DNA of 64,000 bases from Euprymna scolopes (taxonomy: Eukaryota). Made by a program: the position numbers and the translations under genes. Positions within the stretch are counted from its first letter, which is position 1; each line of letters starts with the position of its first letter. The notes below the pieces were generated by a model. That model saw nothing but the letters and a program-made list of their open reading frames with translations, was not told where the DNA came from and did no database searches. Below, in pieces: positions 27,708-41,959 of this stretch. The stretch is taken from assembly GCA_053919585.1 (NCBI GenBank), contig CM132818.1; one strand, 5' to 3'.

Positions 27708-28749
27708 CGTGTTAACTAGATTCCAATTAGAGATATATAGGAGGCGATCTTGCAAAAATTGTGCTGAACATGAAACTTCTTTACAAACCTCTACTCCAGA
27801 AGCAACAGTGTTTTTTTTTATCAAAAATATTAATGCTAGACACGTACACACTCAGTTCGGTCCAAGTGGGGAGTCAATTCTTTCAATACATTTCTTCCAC
27901 ACACTCTTAACACGACATTAAAATTCTGATTAGTGGTCTTTATGCAAAGTTTATTACAAACATAAAAATAAGAACCAATGATTATGAACAGATTAGAAAA
28001 CTTTCGGAGAAATTTGAACTTTGTTCATGTGTTAAAATGTTTACATAAAGAAATAAACTAATCTTTAGCAACATCCAAAATAAACAAAGGTCATCTTGAC
28101 AAAGATGGAAAAGACAAACCTGTAAGGCTTCAAGACAAAATGGAGGTGAAAAGAAAAGCAAATACTCAAAAATAGAATTTGATAAAACTAAACGTTTTCT
28201 TACACAAGGAATCATACGAGATAAAATAAAGCTTCACTTCTCTTACCGACTTAATTTCTTAAACACATACAATCTGAAATTGAGACTTTGTATTGATAAA
28301 CTCTTCATGCTTAAAAAGATAAGCAAATCTAACAAATACCAAAATAGGCAAAGTATGTTATTAAAACTGTTTGGTGGCTTCTATGCCCAGAAAAATAGTT
28401 GAACGTTTGTTGCATAATGCACCATTTATTCATAGCAGAAAGAATTGAACAAGTTCTTAGCACTAAAGAATCAGCAAAATATTTTCTAGTTTATCATAAG
28501 CATGCAGACAATCACTAGTGGAGAAAAATTCTTTTAATTTGGTGTATATAAAAAGTTTTGTCTCAGACATAGTTGGTAAAAAAAAAAAAAAAAAAATCTT
28601 AATGGCTCCATAATTTCTGGCATTGTTTCTGAGTTCTTCGCTTTGGAAAAGTCAATAATTAGTAGAGCTGTGATATTCTTTTCATTCTTTTGACTCCAGT
28701 ATATATCTGACACAGTAAGAATGTCAATCAACCGAGAACCACATTAGTC

Positions 28750-28789
<40 letters not shown>

Positions 28790-29319
28790 CGGATATATAC
28801 TCAAGAGTGAAAACAATGAAAAGAATATGCTGTTGTCACAGTTCTAATAGTAAACCTTCATGTCCACAAGTAACAGCAGCATGATGGTTTTGATAGGTGT
28901 TCAGTCAAGACAATGTTTTTATTTATAGTAAAAGTTGCTCAGAAATTAGCTTTTTATTTAAAAGTAGAAATGGTTAGATTATTCTAGTAATGCAATTTTA
29001 ATTCATAGAATAAAAGTATGAAAAATTGCCATTCGGAAAATGAATTATCACCAAAATCTTATCAAACGGACAAATTCAAGTCATTTTTTGCATTTGAATG
29101 ACAACCAAAAGCTTTTGATTTAAGCAAGAGTTAAAAAGTAATGATCAAATAATCTTGCGAGGTATTTCTTGCGCCCTTAATTACAGAAATACTCAAACTA
29201 ATAAAAAAAAGTTAACTAAATTATTTCTCAATAATTTAGTTAACTTAATTTTCAGGTCAGATGGATTAAACAAAATTTAAAATGGTCACGATCTGTTAAA
29301 TAGAATGTTGACTCTAAGT

Positions 29320-29990
29320 GCCATACCCTGGTAAACTGCCTCAGCTGGTGGGCTAAGCTATACAAAGTAGTGATGTTAGCATGGGATCACTAGATGAAGG
29401 ACCTTAATAAGTGACCAGAGCAAAGAAGCAAAGAGTTCCACAAGCTTAAATGGCTAAGTGTTAGTGACAAAGACAAGCCACAGAGTTGGAAGATATTGAT
29501 TGGTCAAGCCTGGAGATGAATGGATGGACTGACCGATTACAATGGCCTTGATAAGTCACATAAGGGGAAATAACTCCTAACCCATACTAGATCATCCATT
29601 GCATATGTTAACAAAGACCATGCCTTCTGTTGCATGCAAGAATAGAGGTGGAAAAATATGCAACTAAAGCATCTAATAAGATACATGCTAGGAACAGTCA
29701 TCGGCACTTTGAAGAGATAGGCAAGTTAGAAGAACCAAAATATGAAAACAATTACCAATGGAATATCCTCGGACTGTGAAGTAGAATATAAGAACAAACT
29801 TAGATTCCAAAAGGCCACAAGCTATACTTCGGCAACAGAAAAGGCAAACATTTACATGGTGTTGAATTTCTTGTGAACAGAGGCATTATGAACAGTCAGG
29901 AGTTGCTAGCCTATATCTCATTGGCTCATTAACATTCACCAGAGAGCAATCCCTCAACAATATATGATAAAATTGATAATTTAGCTTTCA
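29320..29990 (+). mobile_element. Decayed RTE-like LINE 5' portion (AP endonuclease remnant)
   Basis: Broken frames IGT..IGKLEE..YE..YQWNILGL.EV and KHLHGVEFLVN, typical of the RTE endonuclease N-terminus. Confidence 0.5.
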
Positions 29991-30739
29991 AACATCTCAT
30001 ATTTTAAAATGAGATCAACGCTTCTATCACGGAAAACACACCCTCACACTGTGTGAGTGTAATATATATATATATATATATATCACACTATGTGAGTGTA
30101 ATATATATATGTTAACACCCATTTTTGTTTACATATTCAATGCCAACCAATTATGTTTAATCGTTTCACCTCATTCTGCCCATCACTATATAACAATCAT
30201 AAATTATTTGGCATTGTCTGGGTGAAGTGATTGTAAGAAAATTTTGCAGTTTTAAATTAAAGTTTATCTTTAAACTAAAGATAAAAGAAATTTTGAATTA
30301 AACAGCCGATACAATTTTCTATTAGACAGTCTTAATCTAAATCCAAAACCATGTAAACTCATTATGCACTTTGATCAAAATCAAGGAAAGAAAGGGGGGG
30401 GGGGAGGAGAATTCTTATAGCTTTTGAATTGTTGCAAAGAGAAAGCCCTGTTTAAATTTACCATAAATTTATGTCCTTTTGTTGGAGGTGGGGTAGCATT
30501 AAGAGTTCCATGAGAATCTTTAACATGCTACACTAACATTGTAATAAGCTAGTTTCTTCATTTTTGGACTAATAGCCTTAAATAAGGTATGAAGGCCATT
30601 CTCCCCACCCCAGGTAGGAGTTAAATTGCTTCAATATAATTATTTAAACACAAATATATCACTGAACAATGAAACCAAATCATTTGCATATTTTTTTATG
30701 TTTATTTAAATATGCTACACACCTATTCTTAAACGGCAC

Positions 30740-30888
30740 AGACGTTCATGGATATTAAGTTTAGCATAAGACATTCATGGATATTAAGTTTAGCATAAGA
30801 CATTCATGGATATTAAGTTTAGCATAAGACATTCATGGATATTAAGTTTAGCATAAGACATTCATGGATATTAAGTTTAGCATAAGAA
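30740..30888. repeat. Minisatellite, 29-bp unit x5
   Basis: (CATTCATGGATATTAAGTTTAGCATAAGA)n. Confidence 0.97.
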
Positions 30889-31021
30889 CCATAGGGGGGA
30901 AAAAAATTGTCTAACTTGAATTGGAAGTCTGGTTGAAATGCTGTCTTGTCAAATCAGCAATTTAAACCCAGCCCAACTAAAACATGATCATAACTCCATA
31001 TACTATATTTTCCAACCATTT

Positions 31022-31069
<48 letters not shown>

Positions 31070-31431
31070 TGAAACAAAAGATTAAGGCAAGGGACCAGAG
31101 CATCATTTAATATTTACCAGATACCTAGTCTTTGAGAGTGATTATATCTAGAGTAACATCCAATATTGGTGCAAGGATTTCTAAATTTATCTGCACATTT
31201 AAAAATGTAAATGTAACCGAATCATAAAATGCGTGAACAAAAACCATATAATCAAATAATTTGAAACAGGAGAGACCTTCCTTTACTTCCAAGAGAAAAA
31301 AAAAAAATTAAATCTAATTACATCTATATATTAAAGTGAAGCCGGTTTATTTCTTGGTGTCATCAATAGTTTTTCATCTGATAATATTGATCATCCCAAT
31401 TTTTTTTTTTTTTTTTTTTTTTTTAATTCAT

Positions 31432-31465
<34 letters not shown>

Positions 31466-32575
31466 AAAAGTATTATGATCCAATTTCTATCAAAAGATAT
31501 TTATTCCAGTTAAGATTTTTAATGACATTTTTAATGACCTAAATAGCTGCAGCTGCTGAGGTTACTGAAAATACATTGGTGCATATTTCAGCTTTCAGAT
31601 AAATTGCATTTGTTTAGAAATAAACTTGTATATCATAAGAGTAGGTAAAAATTTTATTTTATTTGGCCATCATTTCATTAAGATGGTATTTTAAATATAT
31701 TAAAGCAGTGTTACTTCATAACGTATTCATAGTTTTTTTTTTTTTTTTTGTAGTATTCATATTTTATCAGACTCATGTTTAACTCCAGAGTTATGTCAAA
31801 GCCTTTCCCTAAGAAATGAGTTTTCAGGGGGCCTTCATTTTGATGTTAGTATTTGTTTAACGCCATTTAAACAATTTGTGCTGTCAGCTGTGAGGATCAA
31901 ATCATCAATCAATATTTGTTTGGAAAATTTTGAGAGGATAGATTTGTAGTTAGATTATACAGACTACTCTCATCTTGGTCATTTTTTTCATAACATTTCA
32001 GTTGATGTAACATTAACACTTATACTTAAATCATGGCTGACATGGATTATCTAAAATTTTGTAAAGGATTTCAAAAAGATTTCCCTGAAGAAACGATTTA
32101 GGTTGATTTGCTGAAACATGAAAACGATAAGAATAGTACTTTGATTATGTCTTTCTTGGTCTTAAGTTATTTCCCTTTTGATATAAGAGTTCTATTCCTT
32201 TGATAAGTTTTTAGAGCAGTCTCCTTTGCTTGTCATTGGAAGACAAAAATGGTGGTTGTAACAGACATGACTAACTAGATTTATGTAATGCATAAGCTAA
32301 CAATCATACCTAATACAAACACTGAGTGATCGGTGTTCTGTTGATGCAGCCATGCAGGATTTTATCTAGGTTTCCAAACTTCAGTTGACAGATTGGTCTG
32401 TTGTATCTAGCAATAACAATCAAATCTGAATAGTTGGGGCATGTAGATATTGCATTCACATCTATTTCACGAACATTATCATTATGCAGTCATTTACAGA
32501 CAAAAAGTCTCCTTATAGGTTATTTTAGCTTCAGACAAGACATGAAGTCACAATGTAAGGAGCTAAGTATATATA

Positions 32576-32613
<38 letters not shown>

Positions 32614-33430
32614 TTCAAAAATTAAAGATTGTTCATCTATTCAGTGGGTTTTATTCAAATGACTTCTCAAAATGGAATATATCCCCTGAGCTTCCAGTTA
32701 GGGTTGAATATTCAGAATAGAAAAATGAATCTTTTTGTCACCTTATCGTACTTATTCCATTTGTAAATTAGTTGTAGGCCATCTTAATTGTGGGATATTA
32801 TAATTTGGTTTCCAGATAATGTTAGTTCGTCAGAAAATTTTTGGTTTCAGGGCCAACCTCAGCTTTTTATGCATACCCCCCACCCCCCCACTGATGGGAG
32901 ACCAATATTATTGAAATTGCAAGTAAACGAACTGTTTAAATTCAGATCAATAAAAAAGTTTTATAATGTGGTTCCTATTTCGGTTGACAGTGTCTCACAT
33001 GCCAAATTTAAAGTTTAACAGTTGTGTCTGACATGCGTTAAAGATGGAGGTCCTATCAAAAGGAAAAAAAATGAAAAGAATTAAATGAGTATAAAAGATA
33101 CAATTGAATGAATAAAATACAATGAAATGAAAATACATAGGAATGTGCATGATTATATATCTATACTCTTACAATTTTTTTGTGTATTGATATATTAAAA
33201 ACCCTTTTTCTATTTAAAAAGCAAGTAAAACATGGGTCGTGGAATTGTATTCATCTGCAAAAGATCTAGCTAATTTGCATATTCGTTTAAAGATTTTTAT
33301 TCAGTTTAATTTTTTCGATTTTCTTAGATGATCATCTTTAGTTAACTATTACATGTAATTATATTAATGCAGATATTCTACATGATTTATACTTGCATAG
33401 AAGGTTATAGTAAACGCAAACCATTATATA

Positions 33431-34199
33431 TCTATATATATATATATACACACGTTTAAAAAATTTTGCCTACCTAACTCTTGTCAGTTTTTGGTCTACA
33501 GACAGGAAACTTTCTAGGGTACTAGCATGGGCGCCCGGCGTTGCCCGTGTGTTTGGATGTGTATGTTGAGAAAAAAAAAAAAAAAATTAGGAAGGCAGGC
33601 TCGAACCTATACCGCAAAGGAGGAAAAGAATGGGGTAAAACCTAACGTTTATGCTGTTACGACCACCGCCAAACCGGAAGCGACATTTTTTTAATATTAA
33701 GGCTAGACAATATAAAGGAGAGCATTACTTTCAACAATATCGGCGAAAAAAGTGACCTCCCCCCAGAAACCGATCACATTGATTTTCCCAAATCTCAGTA
33801 ACCTGTATATCAAATTTCGAGTCTGTAGACTAAAAATTGACAGAGTTATTGCATAGGGAAATGTACAGACACAGACACTTCCACTTTATATAGATTCAAA
33901 CCCATGCAAATCTTTATTTGGGTTTTAGCCGAGTAAAAAAAAAAAAAAGTGAAACTTAAAATGAAATTTGCCAGGTGAAGGTCAAACAATGGCGTTACAA
34001 ATATGCATACATAACGTAATAGCTATTGGTTCAGGTTTTAATTTTTAGCCTTGCAAACATGTTTTTATAGCTCAGGCATTAGCGTTAAGAAAAAATTTGT
34101 TTTAAATTATATATTAGGTCTAATATCAAATATGAAATTGGCATTAATCAAAACAGTTTAGTATATTTTATGACACTGCAATGCCAGGCGGCCTGCTAG
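33431..34199 (+). mobile_element. Non-autonomous Helitron-like element (outer, interrupted)
   Basis: A|TCTATATATA start and gcaatgccaggcggcctgCTAG|T end. Confidence 0.55.
33522..33894 (-). mobile_element. Non-autonomous Helitron-like element (inner, nested)
   Basis: Minus strand A|TCTATATAAAGTGG ... cgggcaacgccgggcgcccatgCTAG|T, inserted at an AT dinucleotide with no TSD. Confidence 0.75.
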
Positions 34200-37162
34200 T
34201 ACACATTTTACGCACACAAATACAAATCAGTTTTCAATATCCTTTTTGAAAGAGGAAAAAAAAAAAATAGCATCCAAAGTGTTGTGGTCTTGCATGGCTA
34301 ATAAACATAGTATAACTAACAAAAGTGTATTTTACAGAAGTAAACGTCATGATTCCAACACCATAACAGCCACCAGTTATCTTGATAAAAGGTTTTATGC
34401 TTCAAGTTCTTTATACTTTGTTATTCATGGTGATAAGTTTAGTTTTGTAGGGATTTTTTTTGCTTTGCAGAACATGGAGTTTATATATAAAAAAAAAAAA
34501 AAAAAAAAAAAAAATGTTTGGCACATTTAAATTAGGAAACTGATATCTTCAGACAGCCTGATCTGGTAAAACCAGTTCTAAATAAAACAAAAACGGATTT
34601 AAGTAATATCTGTAAGCCTTTCAATACCAGTGTTATAATCAGGGCATCAATTATCGCTTCTCTGGAGTTGGTGATGGTTGTTAAGGTGATTTATGCATTT
34701 GTGATGTATTAAGTGCAGTCCTTTTTGCATAATGGGAGTGCATTATATAGGGTGATGATAATGGATTTCTTCCTCCCCTTACAATGGTTGCATAATATCT
34801 TTAGAGATTTACTTCTATCTAAAATTTACCTTCATTAGTAAGAACTAACTCATGCAAGATGAAGTAAGCTTCTATATTTCTTTCTACATCTTTATATTAA
34901 TGTTTTAGTAGTTTCCATTTATCCTGGGTTCATAACCGATTGAAATTGCCATATTTCTAGTGGTAGAACTATGAGGAATGAAACTGAAACATTTGGACAG
35001 AAAAAGGAGTAAAATTTATTAGTCTTTGTTATAAGAGAATTGATAAAGAACGAGTTATTGGACTTGGTTTATAGAATTCTGAATAAAGTTAGATTACATT
35101 TGAAAGAAACTAGTTGTTGCAGGACAATTCACAACTAATGCTATAATATAGTTGAGGAAAAGTGACTTCTCTCTCTCCAACTTATCGTTGCAAGAAAAAA
35201 AAAAAAAAAAAGTGTACAAATACCAAGGACGGAGTTGAACCCCAAAATATTTAAATTAAGTTTCAAACGAGTAAAATATTTGTTTTTCATAATATTGCAT
35301 TGTGATTGGTCTTTCAAGGCATATATATCTATCTTTGGGCTGGCATTCTAACTATTTAAAAAATATGTAGTAGATTTAGAAGGCTGTCACAATCTACTAC
35401 ATATCTATCCCACACAATGCTTCAAGCAAACTACATATCAATCCTATTTAAAAATAGATTATATTGAGGTTGCTAACTGTCAAAATGGTTGTCAAATTTC
35501 ATTGACTAGTTTGGTCCGATTTTCAAAATGGTGATAGAGCAAATTCATTCATTGTGTGGTTTTTGCAGATTTTTAAAATTTTATTTGTTCAGTAAAAAAC
35601 GTACCCTCCTTTAACAATGCAATGATTTATCAGTTTGAAATAAGTTGAACTTATTCAAATAAGTGTTAATGACTGTTTTGGTAAGAAAAAAAAAATCCAT
35701 TGATGGCGGCCTGCTGCTATGAATACGGAATAAGAGCACGTGCAAGGAAAAAAAAAAAAGAAATCTCCCACTTTTCGTAAAATCTTTCCTAAATATTTAA
35801 AATCCATGAATAAAAACTCGGGTTGTGCATGTTTACAAATAACCCGTGTTAGTCAACTGGTGTCGATCGACAAGGGTCCCCTTTGAATCTCAGCTTTCAG
35901 GGTCATTATTTGGTCCAATAAATCATTAGTGGTTTAATTTACTATGTGTCATTATTTGGAAAAAAATCAGACAAAGGATAACATTTGGCTGCAATTTTGA
36001 GAGAATAAAATAAAAAAAAAAATTTAAGGTAAAGCAGCTATTATTCAATATGATTGAAAAACTGGTCAGTCCAGTAGTTAGAAGCAAAACTGGTTTCAAC
36101 TGGTAGTCAGGAGTTTATCAAGGCTTACAGCGATATTGATGTTATGTGCATAGATTTTGATTTTGCAGTTGATATAGGGAGACTTACTAATTCTTCTCCC
36201 AACCATGGATTAATTTGAGATTGTAACATAAAAGATCGAAGACAAGCAGAGTCAGAGAGGTCAATTTATTATGAGGGGTAATTGGGTATCCATTATTGTT
36301 GTAATTTAATTGGGTATCCATTATTGTAATTTAAGTTTTAGTCTAGATCAATGCTCTTTATGATCCAATGTCAGAATATCCTTCCAATTCACATGATTAA
36401 GTGATTGCTTAAAATCACTTAATTTTGCCAGGATTAAAAAAAAAAAAAAAAAAAATTTACAAAAATGTGAACACCAAATTCTAACAGCTTCAATTCTAAG
36501 CTGAGGAGTTGAATGGAAGCAATCTTAGAACAAATTTCTGGTGCAGTCCAGGTTTAAGCAGAAAAACAAAACAAACTTTCAGAGTTTTGAGTATTCCAAT
36601 AAATTCCTATGCCTAAACAGATTCGATGGGTAAATTATTCAGCAATAAACCTCATCTATTTGCATCAAAGACAGCTACATAGTTCAAGTATTGGTTATAT
36701 ACTTGCAGTCATTTGAAAACTAAAATTTTACAATTCTAATGAAAAATGCCGATTTTATGCCCCCCCCCCCCCAAAAAAAAACACTATTAATATTCTCACA
36801 TTCTTTCCTTCATTTTAACACAATCTTAACTTTTATCAACCTATACCAAATGGTGCATAAGGTTTCTGAATTTTGACACAACTGGTTCTACCGTTCTCAT
36901 CTTGAGAACAATTTTCACGTTTCAGTCAATGTAAGCGGAGGTAGCATGCTCTCATTCCATCAACTATGACTGGATAGAGATCTTAAGTAATTTGCAATTT
37001 TATTTTTTGGTCACCCGTACTGAGAATAAATCCTAACGGTCACTTTTACAATTGGTTTTTCCAAATACTCTAACCGACACAGGCCCACAAGCTACACCTT
37101 AAGGTTAGGTTACATCGACTGAAACATGAAAATGACACTCAAGATGAAAACAGTAGTCCGAA

Positions 37163-37441
37163 GTGTCAGTGTATGAATGAACGTAAGGACCAACTCTTTG
37201 CAGTCCTCAGGGTTTGTGGAACTATGAACAGAGGCTTTTCTAGAGGGACCCAATCAGGAGGAGCCGAAGTGGGCCCAAGGGACCTGGATCCTATACAGCG
37301 TGTGACAAGAATAAAGCGTCCTGCCAAAAACATAGCTTTTGTGTTTTTATTACTAATCTACTTTAACAAATGGTAGCAGAGCGTAGTTCAATGAAGAAAA
37401 TATTCAAGCGAATATAAACTAAAATTATTCACTTTTGGAGC

Positions 37442-37480
<39 letters not shown>

Positions 37481-37583
37481 TATAGAGAGCGTTGACAAAG
37501 AAAAAGACAGCGTCGGTAAAGAAAAAAAGCGGGAAGGATATAACCGTGAGTAAAAGAAGAAACAAAACATTTGTGTTTTGTTT

Positions 37584-37621
<38 letters not shown>

Positions 37622-40600
37622 AAAATAAGACCTTGATATCGTTCGGCTTCAACTGTGAACACATGTTCTGTTTGAAATTTTCTTGAGAAAAAAAACCCCA
37701 AAAAAACAAAAACAAAGCCGGTTTGCTTTTTGTGTAAAGGAAAAAGCAAGTAAAATTAAAAAAATGACCACAAGAATTAGTCCCGATTTTTCATAAGTCA
37801 AAATCCTATGAACTATATAAAATAGACATTTTGGCTTGGTCTGAGGTGTCAGAACTACCTAAATCGAAGGCTTGTATTACTGGCCTTTTCTCTACCATAG
37901 TCCAATGAATGTATGATATGAGAAAAAGTTTTTTCTCAATTATTTATTGCCGAATTAAAGCAGGAGAATGAACTGAATATTTTGATAGCTTTTCTTGATA
38001 AACATTTAGGAAAGGACGATTTAAGTAATGATTTACAGAAATTTAAAGATTTTGATGGATTCTCTCGAAACGAGAATCAGTCTGAATGAATATATTGCCA
38101 TGTTTGACGATAAATATAGAAAAGAATATGAAACTTTCAGAAATTCTGGCTTTCAAACTTTTACGGAATTTTAAAATTTCTGATGAGGAAAAAATGTTAG
38201 TCCTTACTGGTATGGATTATGAAAATAGACATTGTATGAGCAAGCAAAACGTTCCCTAAAAAATTTGAGGGCAATGAAGTAAAGAGTGTCAACAGTGTCA
38301 AATTTGAACCAACTTTCCTTGCTGAAAATGAAGCTTTGTTGGCTGCTGGCTATGTTAAAAAGGGATATAACAGAAGAGGGTATCATCCTAAAAGAGGGAA
38401 CCGAGGATCTGGTTTTGCATCTTCTCAAAGAGGAACCAAGAGGAGAATATTTTAAACTGCAAATCATGTGGGTCTTATATACACTTGGCAGGAGAATGTC
38501 CCGATGGCTGCAACCCTATAGGACCTGACGGGAACTACTTAACTTGCAGATCATGTGGCACTTTTAGACACATGATCGCTAAATGTCCTGACAGTTGGGA
38601 AAATATGGCCAAGGTGAATATTGCAGGAGAAAATGCCATTTTATTCACTGGATACCACAAGCAGGAAATATTACAGCTGGGAACAGGCCAGAAACTGCTG
38701 TCTTAGTGCTTGTTCCAGTACAATGTGTGGCCAAACATGGCTAAACAGCTACATGGATTCTTTAAAGGAAGCTGATAAAAACAAAGTCACATACCAGGAG
38801 GGACACCAAGTTTTTAAATTTGGGGGAGGATCAAAATTGAAGTCTTGTGGTGAATACATGATACCAGTTTACATGATTGGAAACAATGTCACTATAAGAA
38901 CGGATGTTGTTAATTCAGATATCCCTCTTACTGTCGAGATCTTCAATGAAAAAAGCAAAAGTCAAGATGGATCTGGAAAACGACACTGCAGTAATCTTGA
39001 GGACAGAAATTGCACTGAACCTAAAATCAGGGCATTATTGTATCCCTATTGATAAAACAGAAACCGTCCAAACCCAAGAAGTGAATTCAGTTAAGCTTGA
39101 AGAACTGAATATTTCAGAAAGAAAATCAACTTTACTGAAGATTCATCGTCAGTTTGCTCATCCTCCAAAGAAACGACTAGTGGCACTGTTAAAAGATGCT
39201 ATGGCATGGAAGGAAGAATAAGAGGATATGTTGGAAATAACTTCCAACTGTCAGCTATGTCAGGTGTATGCAACCCCCCCCCCCCCCCAGACTAATGGTA
39301 TCGATGCCCATGGCTAAATCATTCAATGAAAAGATTGCAATGGATCTCAAACAGTACAAAGGCCGTTGGATCCTTCATATGATCGACATGTGGTCCAGAT
39401 ACACAATATCAGTATTTATTGACGAAAAAAAGACAAGTTGTGTCATTGATGCCCTGATGAAGAATTGGGTTGGAGCGTTTGGTATTATGGAATCGTTGAT
39501 GACTGACAATGGTGGGGGAATTCAGTTCAGAGGAGATGCGTGAAGTTTCCTCAATACTTAACATCAGGATATGCACCACAGCTGGAATGAGTCCTTTTCA
39601 GAATTGACTGAACGTGTACATGCAATAACTGACATGATGCTGCCAAAGTTAGAAGCTGAGAATAGTGGAATACAACGTGGAACACTCCTTACCTGGGCCA
39701 ACATGGCAAGAAACTCCTTACAATGGATTCAGCAGTCATCAATTAGTATTCGGTAAAAATCCAAACTTGCCCAACATAATGCAAGCTGAATTACCAGCTT
39801 TGGATAGAGCAACAAGTAGCGAGATATTCTTCCAGTATTTGAAAGCTTTACATGAAACACGCAAGGCTTACATCCAATCTGAAGCAGATGAAATTAGACT
39901 TGCTTTAAGATCCAAAATCAGAACAGGTTTTCCAGAATGGAGACTTGGTATTTTACAAGCGGGATGGAAAAGAATGTTGGCTCGGACCAGGGAAGGTAGT
40001 TTTCCAGGATGGCAAAGTCGTATTCATTAGACATGGTGGCGTATTTGTGAGGGTCTCACCAAATAGACTTTGTAAAATAAAATCAGGTTTTAGTGAAACA
40101 CCCGAAGAAAGTAATGAAAAAGCTTTGAAGAAGACCAGGGGGGAAAGAAAGGAAACTCCTACAATGATTCCTGCTACTGTGATAAACTCTTCAAACTGTG
40201 GCATTCACCAACCTGCCCACAGTAACTCCCCATAACCAACCCAAGGATGTTGAACCCAGAAAAACAAATTAAAAATGGGTCAAATCCACTATAGGTTAAC
40301 AGGCTCAGAAAACTAGGTTGCAGCTACCATTTTAGGGAAGGCTGGAAAGAATAGCGGAAAGAACAAGAATTGGTACAATATTCAAGATAATAGAAGTGGT
40401 GAGCAGAGGATCTTAGATTTGCAGAAAATTGAGTGTAAAGTTCCAGAAGAGCCGTATGAAAATAAACTGGTCCATGTTACAGAGGACACAAAGCACAACC
40501 ACTGGAGTGTGATTCTGCCAAGCAAGAAGAGTTACAAAAACTTCTAGATTTCTGCACTTATGAAGTGGAAGACAAAGGCCAAAATACCATATCCACTAGG

Positions 40601-41880
40601 TGGGATATCACCTCTAAAGATGGGGTTGTCAAGGCACATTTGGTAGCTCGAGGATTTGAGGAATATTGTTTCCTTGCCAAAGATCGCCCAACAGTCGGAA
40701 AAGGAACGAGAACTTTTCTCACTATTACCTCGAGCAGAAGATGGAGAGTCAAGACAACAGATATTAAATCTGCATTCCTGCAAGGAGAAAAACTTTGACA
40801 TGCTTACATTCATCCACCAGGAGATCAATATCCCCAAAGGTTTCATTTAGAAACCGAGGCATAACTTATATGGCCTCAGAGATGGCGCAAGACAATTTTT
40901 CTTGAGTGTTCGAAATGAACTCTTCTTTGGGATGTAAACAGTCAAAGCTTGACCCTGCTATGTTTATGAGGACAGAGAATGGGTGGCTGTCAGGCATTAT
41001 GTTTTCATGTCGGGAATAAATATTTTGAGACAGTAATCACCAAATTATGCACAAGATTCTTGGCCGGAAAAATTGAAGATGGTGATTTTAAATACATTGG
41101 TTTCCATATAACACAAGTTGATGGCATAACATTGGAGCACACAGGTTATGTCAAATTTGGACCATCCGCGACTGGAGCTGGCAAGGACCTCTCAAAAGCT
41201 TGATCAGCTCAACCCAAAAGAACAAACACTATACCGAAGAATAGTTGGATAGCTAAACTGGGCTGTGCAAGGTTCAAGACCCAATCTAGCGTTTGAAATG
41301 GTTGACATGAGCACCAAACTCAATCAAGCGACAATCGGTGACTTGATGCGAGCTATAAAAACGATCGAACGTTTGAAAGAAATCAAATCTACTCAACTTT
41401 ACCCACAACTAAAAGGACATGAGGCTAACGATTGTGAGGTTTGCTTTTACAGACGCTGCTCTGGGAAACCTGAATGATGGAAAAAGGCAGTGTCGGGGCT
41501 TACCTGGTATGGTTAAAGGGCAGATTTGGAAATTGCTGCCCAATAACCTGGCAGGCTAAAAAGATAAGGAGTTAGATCAACAATAGCAGGTTTGGCTTTG
41601 CTTGAAGGTTTAGAAGCAGCAATATATTAGACAGATAACTGATCTCTTAACCTTCAAGCAAAGCAGCCTACCAATCACTGCTTTTGTGGATAATAAGAGT
41701 ATTATCGAAGCATTACAGTCAACTAAACTAGTTGATATGCAGTACAATAACTGGGTGTCTATCAAATGGTGGCCAGGGAAGATCCAGCTTGCAAATTCAC
41801 TCACTAAGACAAAGTAAGGCATGTGGATCTGAACTTTTAAACGCTCTTCAGGAGGGAAAAATGCCAGAAGTTTATAATTT
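37163..41880 (+). mobile_element. Decayed Ty1/copia LTR retrotransposon, GalEa-like. No 3' LTR found; left boundary approximate.
   Basis: Copia domain order: gag from ATG 37764 with CX2CX4HX4C knuckle (CRSCGTFRHMIAKC), protease remnant (SACSSTMCG), integrase (HRQFAHP, CQLC, AMDLK, MTDNGG), RT (LVARGFEE, DIKSAFLQG, YGLRDGARQF), RNase H (FTDAALG, VDNKS). Numerous frameshifts and stops. Confidence 0.9.
37371..37384 (+). promoter_or_regulatory. Primer-binding site complementary to initiator tRNA-Met
   Basis: TGGTAGCAGAGCGT lies 2 nt after an LTR-like end (...ctttaaCA 37368). AATAAA at 37310 falls inside the putative 5' LTR. Confidence 0.85.
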
Positions 41881-41959
41881 TTTTAATAAGAGGCATAATA
41901 ATCCTCCAGGCCCAAGGGTAGTCTAACCCGATAAAAAAAAAAAAAAAAAAAAAAAAAAG

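Noticed and set aside
28247-28273. 27-nt AG/GTAAG-bounded mini-exon (LYVFKKLSR) phase-compatible with exon 23843
   Set aside because: Too short to distinguish from chance and no homology support. It remains an alternative to test with RNA-seq.
22634-30888. 20-bp and 29-bp arrays as CRISPR repeats
   Set aside because: Units are head-to-tail with no unique spacers, there are no cas genes, and the context is eukaryotic.
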